Part shown: in pieces, positions 44,345 to 49,184 of the stretch
Layout of the letters: every line of letters begins with the position of its first letter
Position numbering within the stretch: position 1 is the stretch's first letter
From: Candidatus Woesearchaeota archaeon
GTDB taxonomy: Archaea; Nanobdellota; Nanobdellia; Pacearchaeales; GW2011-AR1
Direction of reading: 5' to 3'
Length of the DNA stretch: 49,184 nucleotides
NCBI GenBank assembly: GCA_964530945.1
Contig: CAZHCJ010000004.1
Location: 1-49,184 of the forward strand
Program-made: the position numbers and the translations under genes
The notes under the pieces: model-generated
Database searches by the model: none
What the model was told of the DNA's origin: nothing
The model's input: the letters and a program-made list of their open reading frames with translations, nothing else

Positions 44345-44626
44345 ATGGGATTAGAAAGTAGAGCAAGTCAGGAACTTTTAGATTTAAAAGAAGGTTCAAT
44401 AACTGTCCAAAGAATAGTTAAAATAACTCAAGAGTATGCGCAATACCGCGTTTTTACACAAGGGGAAAAAGATGAAGAAGTAGTATTTCCTGCAGGAGAT
44501 TTTGAAGAAATCGTTCCTTATCTTGAGGAAGGAGATATTATCTTGGTTGCTTATAAAGGTGAAAGGCCTGTCCTCATGTGTGGTCCTCTAACTCATAATC
44601 AAATTTACTTTTTTAGAAGAGAATAA
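44345..44626 (+). CDS. Hypothetical protein
   Basis: 93-aa ATG ORF with TATA-like box. Confidence 0.6.
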   Translation: MGLESRASQELLDLKEGSITVQRIVKITQEYAQYRVFTQGEKDEEVVFPAGDFEEIVPYLEEGDIILVAYKGERPVLMCGPLTHNQIYFFRRE

Positions 44627-44655
44627 TACGCTAAATTAATAAACTGGTTTTTCTT

Positions 44656-45201
44656 ATGATTTTTATGTCAATTAAAAGAGGTAAAAGAGGACAGTTTTAT
44701 CTTATTGCAACTCTTATCATCACCATCATCGTTATTGGAATCACTTCAATCGTTAATTACTCTTCTACAAGCTCAAGCATTAGGCTTGATGAAGTGAGAG
44801 AGGAGTTGAAAATAGAGTCTTCTTATTTATTGGATTATGCAAATTATAACGATTTTTCTGGTACCGAGATAAATACTCTGCTTGAAGATTTCTCGGAAGA
44901 TTACGTTGGAGCGAAAGGACAAGGTAAAAATCTCTATTTCATTTTTGGAGATAAATCTAATTTTACTTTTATGGGTTGGCAATCAAGTACAGAAAGCGTT
45001 TCACTTAAAACGAGCGAAGGTAGCGAAAACATAAACTTAAACGAAGAAACGCTTCATACAAGCTATCATTCAACAAACAACAATGTTTCATTAACTTTAG
45101 ATGCTCGAGACACTAAAGAATTTGAAATGTTGGAAGGAGAAAATTTTTATTTCATCGTTTCTAGTAAATTAGAGGAGGAAAAACATGTCGTTTCAAACTA
45201 A
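44656..45201 (+). CDS. Type IV pilin-like protein
   Basis: Class III signal KRG|QFYLIA plus hydrophobic helix. Confidence 0.75.
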   Translation: MIFMSIKRGKRGQFYLIATLIITIIVIGITSIVNYSSTSSSIRLDEVREELKIESSYLLDYANYNDFSGTEINTLLEDFSEDYVGAKGQGKNLYFIFGDKSNFTFMGWQSSTESVSLKTSEGSENINLNEETLHTSYHSTNNNVSLTLDARDTKEFEMLEGENFYFIVSSKLEEEKHVVSN

Positions 45202-45709
45202 AGCTTTGCAAATACGTGACAAAAGAGGTATAAGCGTGATGATAGGGTATGTTTTGCTTGTGGCTTTTGCAGTCATAATAGGAGTTATCACATATGCCTG
45301 GATTAAGACATACGTGCCTGCAGATTCGATAGTATGTTCTGATGGTGTTTCTCTTTACATAAGCGATGTTAATTTTGATGCAGAGTCGAATGATTTAGTT
45401 GTTAACATAAAAAACAATGGAAGATTCAATGTCGATGGTTATTTTATTCAAGTAAAAAATGATTCAGAGCAAGAGATTGCCAACATAAACATTGCAGAAT
45501 ATCTTTCTTCAGGGGGTAATGTTTTAGGAAATGCTGTTAGAATTGAAGGTCAATTAAAACCAAATCAAGAAATAGGAAATACCTTCAACTTGCCAGAAGC
45601 TATTGGGAGTGTTCTTTCTGTTACGATTACGCCTTTTCAATACAAAACTTTTGGAAACAGGCAAAGACTTGTTTCTTGCGGGGATGCGAGAGTGAGTCAA
45701 AATGTTTAA
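45185..45709 (+). CDS. Archaeal type IV pilin
   Basis: KRG|ISVMIGYVLLV. Confidence 0.85.
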   Translation: MSFQTKALQIRDKRGISVMIGYVLLVAFAVIIGVITYAWIKTYVPADSIVCSDGVSLYISDVNFDAESNDLVVNIKNNGRFNVDGYFIQVKNDSEQEIANINIAEYLSSGGNVLGNAVRIEGQLKPNQEIGNTFNLPEAIGSVLSVTITPFQYKTFGNRQRLVSCGDARVSQNV

Positions 45710-45755
45710 ATTTTGTAACAACTAAATTTATAAAACCTAAAATACTAAATAGAAT

Positions 45756-46232
45756 ATGAAAAGAAGAGTGAAAAGAGGTTTATCTCCAGTGATTGCGACT
45801 GTGCTTTTGGTTGCTCTAGTTGTAGTCATAGGATTGATTATTTTCTTATGGTTTAGAGGTTTCCAAGGAGAAGCAGTAACCAAGTTTGGAGGCACAAACA
45901 TACAACTTGTTTGTGAAGATGTCAATTTTGATGCAAGTTACTCTGGAGGAAGTTTAACATTATCTAATTTAGGAAATGTCCCAATATATCAAATTCAAGC
46001 AAAGATATATAGCGATAGTGGGAGAACTCAAGAGAATGTTGATTTAAATAATGTGGCTTCAAACTGGCCATCCAATGGTCTAACTCAAGGAACCGTTGTG
46101 ACTTTAAATGTCGGGTCAGAATTTTCTGGAAATGATGAGGCCTTGTTGGTCCCTGTTTTAAGAGGTAATTCGGATTCTGGAGAAAAAATATATGTTTGCG
46201 ATGACAGACACGGCTTCAGTGTAGACATTTAA
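45756..46232 (+). CDS. Archaeal type IV pilin
   Basis: KRG|LSPVIATVLLV. Confidence 0.9.
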   Translation: MKRRVKRGLSPVIATVLLVALVVVIGLIIFLWFRGFQGEAVTKFGGTNIQLVCEDVNFDASYSGGSLTLSNLGNVPIYQIQAKIYSDSGRTQENVDLNNVASNWPSNGLTQGTVVTLNVGSEFSGNDEALLVPVLRGNSDSGEKIYVCDDRHGFSVDI

Positions 46233-46233
46233 A

Positions 46234-46737
46234 ATGGAATTTGAAGGGAAAAAAGGCTTGTCTGGAGTAGTCAGTGTGGTTATTCTAATTGCCTTAACTG
46301 TTGCGCTTGTTGCAATCGTTTGGTCTGTAGTAAACAATCTTGTGAATGAAAATATTGAAGCAACTTCTTGTTTGGATGTATTGAATGAGATAGAAATAAA
46401 TCGTTTGTACACGTGTTACAATTCTAGCGGTAGTGGAGAGTTGCAATTTTCCATTTCCATGGGTGAGGCGGAAATAGAGAGCCTTTTAGTTTCCATAGCT
46501 TCTCAGGGAAGTTCAAACACGTTTAGAATCAGTCCTGCAGGTACCGATGATGAAAATCTTGAACCTTTTTCTGAAGGAGGACCGGTAAGATTGCCTGGAA
46601 AGAATTCCGGATTGACATATCGCTACCCGGTAAGCTCAGAACCAGATTTGTTGGAAATATCTCCAAAAGTAGGAGATACTCAATGCGAAACAATGGATAA
46701 AGTTCTTGACTTTCCTAATTGTGCTTCATTGGTTTAG
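46234..46737 (+). CDS. Archaeal type IV pilin
   Basis: KKG|LSGVVSVVILI. Confidence 0.85.
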   Translation: MEFEGKKGLSGVVSVVILIALTVALVAIVWSVVNNLVNENIEATSCLDVLNEIEINRLYTCYNSSGSGELQFSISMGEAEIESLLVSIASQGSSNTFRISPAGTDDENLEPFSEGGPVRLPGKNSGLTYRYPVSSEPDLLEISPKVGDTQCETMDKVLDFPNCASLV

Positions 46738-46788
46738 TTTTCCAAGGTAAAAGAAAAATATTATAAAGCATTTTAGATATATCTTGTT

Positions 46789-47334
46789 ATGAAAAAGAGA
46801 GGTAGAATGAAATCTTCGAAAGGCCAGGTATGGGTGGAAACTGTTATTTATACATTGATTGCTTTTACAATGATTGGGTTATCTTTAGCGTTTATTAAGC
46901 CTAGAATAGATGACATTCAAGACAAAGCTATTATTGAGCAGTCCATTTCAATACTCGAAGAGATAAATTCAATAGTAAAAGAGCTAGGTTTAAAAGACCC
47001 TGGAAATCAGAGAGTTGTTGAAATTGGCTTAAGAGAGGGAAGTTTAACTATTGATTCAAGAAATGATTCTTTAAAATTTGAATCTACGGGAGAGCACGAG
47101 TTTAGCGAACCGGGCGAAAATATCCAAATTGGGAATGTTAATGTTTTAACAGAAAAAGTGGGAGAGCTTTACAAGATAAATCTTAATGTTACTTATTCTT
47201 CATACAATCTTACTTTTGACAATTCTGAAACCTCCAAAATTTTAAGTTCTAGCCCTTCACCATATAAAATATTAATTTCAAGAAAAAGCAATTCGGGAAG
47301 CACGCCGCAAATAAATTTAGAGGTAATAAATTAA
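46789..47334 (+). CDS. Type IV pilin-like protein
   Basis: SKG|QVWVETVIY with E at +5. Confidence 0.8.
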   Translation: MKKRGRMKSSKGQVWVETVIYTLIAFTMIGLSLAFIKPRIDDIQDKAIIEQSISILEEINSIVKELGLKDPGNQRVVEIGLREGSLTIDSRNDSLKFESTGEHEFSEPGENIQIGNVNVLTEKVGELYKINLNVTYSSYNLTFDNSETSKILSSSPSPYKILISRKSNSGSTPQINLEVIN

Positions 47335-47335
47335 G

Positions 47336-49184
47336 ATGGCTAAAAACATTCAGGATTTTCCAAGAGTTCAAATAAATTTTAATCCAAGGGTTCCACCTTT
47401 GCAAAAAATAAAGGATAAAACCAAGATAAATGTGCGTTATGCAGTAATCTCTCCATACGTTTTTGTACATATTTATTGGGACCCTAAAGAATATGAGGTT
47501 ATTTATGAAGTTGAAGAACCTACTTTGACTAGTTTGGAGATGAGTTACAGAGAACAAATACTTAATGCTATGCGAGACATGATTAATTTTGATACTGTTA
47601 TTGATAAAGGGACTGAGCAACTTCTTGAGTACATTGACAAACGCTTCAAAGTCATTGCATCTGAATTAGGGATAACTATGGAATACGACACATATAGAAA
47701 AATCTATTACTATCTTGTTAGAGATTTTGTCGGTTTTAATGAAACCGACCCTTTGTTGAATGATTATTTCGTTGAAGATATAGAATGTAATGGTGCAGGT
47801 AGCCCGGTATACATTGTCCATAGGGTTTTTAGAAATCTTAAAACAAATATTGTGTTTGACGACATGGCTCGTCTTGAAAGTTTCGTTGAAAAATTGGCTC
47901 AAAGGAGTGGAAAACACATTTCTTATGCAGACCCTATATTAGATTCTAGTTTGCCCGATGGTTCAAGAGTTAATGCTACTTACACAAAAGATATAACTTC
48001 TCGCGGTCCAACATTCACAATTAGAAAATTCACTAAAACACCTTGGACACCTCCTCAACTTATTGGTTTTAGAACTCTTAGTCCTGAAATGCTCGCATAT
48101 TTATGGATTCTTGTTCAATATAAGATGAATCTTTTGTTAACCGGAGGTACTTCTTCTGGAAAAACTACTTTACTTAATGCTATAGCGTTTTTCATTCCTC
48201 CTGAATCTAGAGTAGTAAGTATTGAAGATAGTGTAACTGGAGATTCAAGAATTTTGGTTCGAAAAGATGGAAAAATAAAAAACACCACTATAAAAAAACT
48301 AGTTGATGAAAAAATGGATGCTGAAGTCATGACGCTTAACGAAAAAGAAGAGATTGTTTGGGTTAAGCCCTCAGATTACATAAAACACAAAGTTAAAAAA
48401 GACATTTATGAAATTCTTACTGCTACAGGTAGAAAAATAAAAGTTACTAAAGACCATAGTCTTTTCACATTAGGGAATTCGGGTTTGGAAGAAGTAAAGC
48501 CCAAAGACCTAAAAGAAAACGAATCTTTTGTTGCTGTTCCCAGAAATCTTCCCATTGAAGGCAAAAAAATAAAAGGTGTAAATCTCATTAACCATCTTGA
48601 ACATTTTAAAGATGATTTTCTTCAGGGAAAACCAATAGGAAAAATGCTTAAAAAATATGATTATAAAAAACTAGGCGTTAAAAAACAGAGATTTAGATGG
48701 TGGAAAAATCGCAACATAATAAAGGTAAGTAAATTCATAGAGCTCAATGAAAAATTTTCAATAAAAGAAATTGAAAAACTCAATATTAAAAGTAAAAATA
48801 CAGGGTCTATTCCCGTATTGTTTAAAATAGACAAAGAATTTTTGGAATTTCTTGGATTGTGGATTGGAGACGGAAGCTACGACAGGCACAATAAAAACTC
48901 AGTTATTGTTTCAAATTCAGATGAAGAATGCAGAGAAATTGTTAAAAAAGTTTCAAAAAACCTTGGTTTAAATTACTCTTTAATGAGTGACGGAGGAGTC
49001 TCTATAAGAATTCATAGCACTGTTTTTTATAAATTTATGAAAGATGTTTTAGAGTTTAAAGGACGCTCTTCAACTAAAAAAGTTCCAGATTTCATCCATA
49101 ATTTATCAAATGAACAGATAAAACATTTTTTGCGTGGATATTTCAGTGCAGACGGAACCGTGAAAACCTTTGGAGTTTCTTGTT
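47336..49184 (+). CDS. Type II/IV secretion (VirB11/FlaI-like) ATPase, intein-containing, truncated by the window edge
   Basis: ATG 47336; EDIECNG, LPDGSRV, FTIRKF, Walker A TGGTSSGKTT, VSIED; not in the ORF track because it runs off the end. Confidence 0.92.
   Translation, partial: MAKNIQDFPRVQINFNPRVPPLQKIKDKTKINVRYAVISPYVFVHIYWDPKEYEVIYEVEEPTLTSLEMSYREQILNAMRDMINFDTVIDKGTEQLLEYIDKRFKVIASELGITMEYDTYRKIYYYLVRDFVGFNETDPLLNDYFVEDIECNGAGSPVYIVHRVFRNLKTNIVFDDMARLESFVEKLAQRSGKHISYADPILDSSLPDGSRVNATYTKDITSRGPTFTIRKFTKTPWTPPQLIGFRTLSPEMLAYLWILVQYKMNLLLTGGTSSGKTTLLNAIAFFIPPESRVVSIEDSVTGDSRILVRKDGKIKNTTIKKLVDEKMDAEVMTLNEKEEIVWVKPSDYIKHKVKKDIYEILTATGRKIKVTKDHSLFTLGNSGLEEVKPKDLKENESFVAVPRNLPIEGKKIKGVNLINHLEHFKDDFLQGKPIGKMLKKYDYKKLGVKKQRFRWWKNRNIIKVSKFIELNEKFSIKEIEKLNIKSKNTGSIPVLFKIDKEFLEFLGLWIGDGSYDRHNKNSVIVSNSDEECREIVKKVSKNLGLNYSLMSDGGVSIRIHSTVFYKFMKDVLEFKGRSSTKKVPDFIHNLSNEQIKHFLRGYFSADGTVKTFGVSC
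48230..49184 (+). mobile_element. Intein with LAGLIDADG endonuclease (partial)
   Basis: After SIED: block A SVTGDSRILV, block B VTKDHSLF, LAGLIDADG motifs FLGLWIGDG and FLRGYFSADG. Confidence 0.9.

Overview
AT-rich archaeal chromosome segment. EF-1alpha, archaeal DnaG, Dph5, DtdA, archaeal IleRS/ArgRS, a TrmB-type regulator, an intron-containing tRNA, TATA promoters and class III pilins point to a small-genome DPANN archaeon, probably Pacearchaeota-like; that assignment is inference. The window holds housekeeping genes, three tRNAs, an atypical SRP RNA, toxin-antitoxin modules (some decaying), an ~11 kb surface-protein island and a type IV pilin cluster ending in an intein-containing secretion ATPase. 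Most notable: (1) rnhB is split at its catalytic DDAGRGP motif by a 33-nt stop-containing intron with a canonical bulge-helix-bulge fold, directly beside a free-standing LAGLIDADG gene. (2) A 28-bp covarying hairpin element recurs at the start codons of tuf, dnaG, an antitoxin gene and smc, with duplication of the start region. (3) A diversity-generating retroelement (14/14 TR-VR mismatches at TR adenines) has no adjacent avd, and its TR is enclosed by a predicted three-way RNA junction. (4) An Smc-type ATPase appears to carry a Rad50-like CxxC hook in place of the hinge. (5) Bacterial-type GGDEF and L,D-transpeptidase domains are present. All calls were made by eye from motifs; no searches or folding programs were run.
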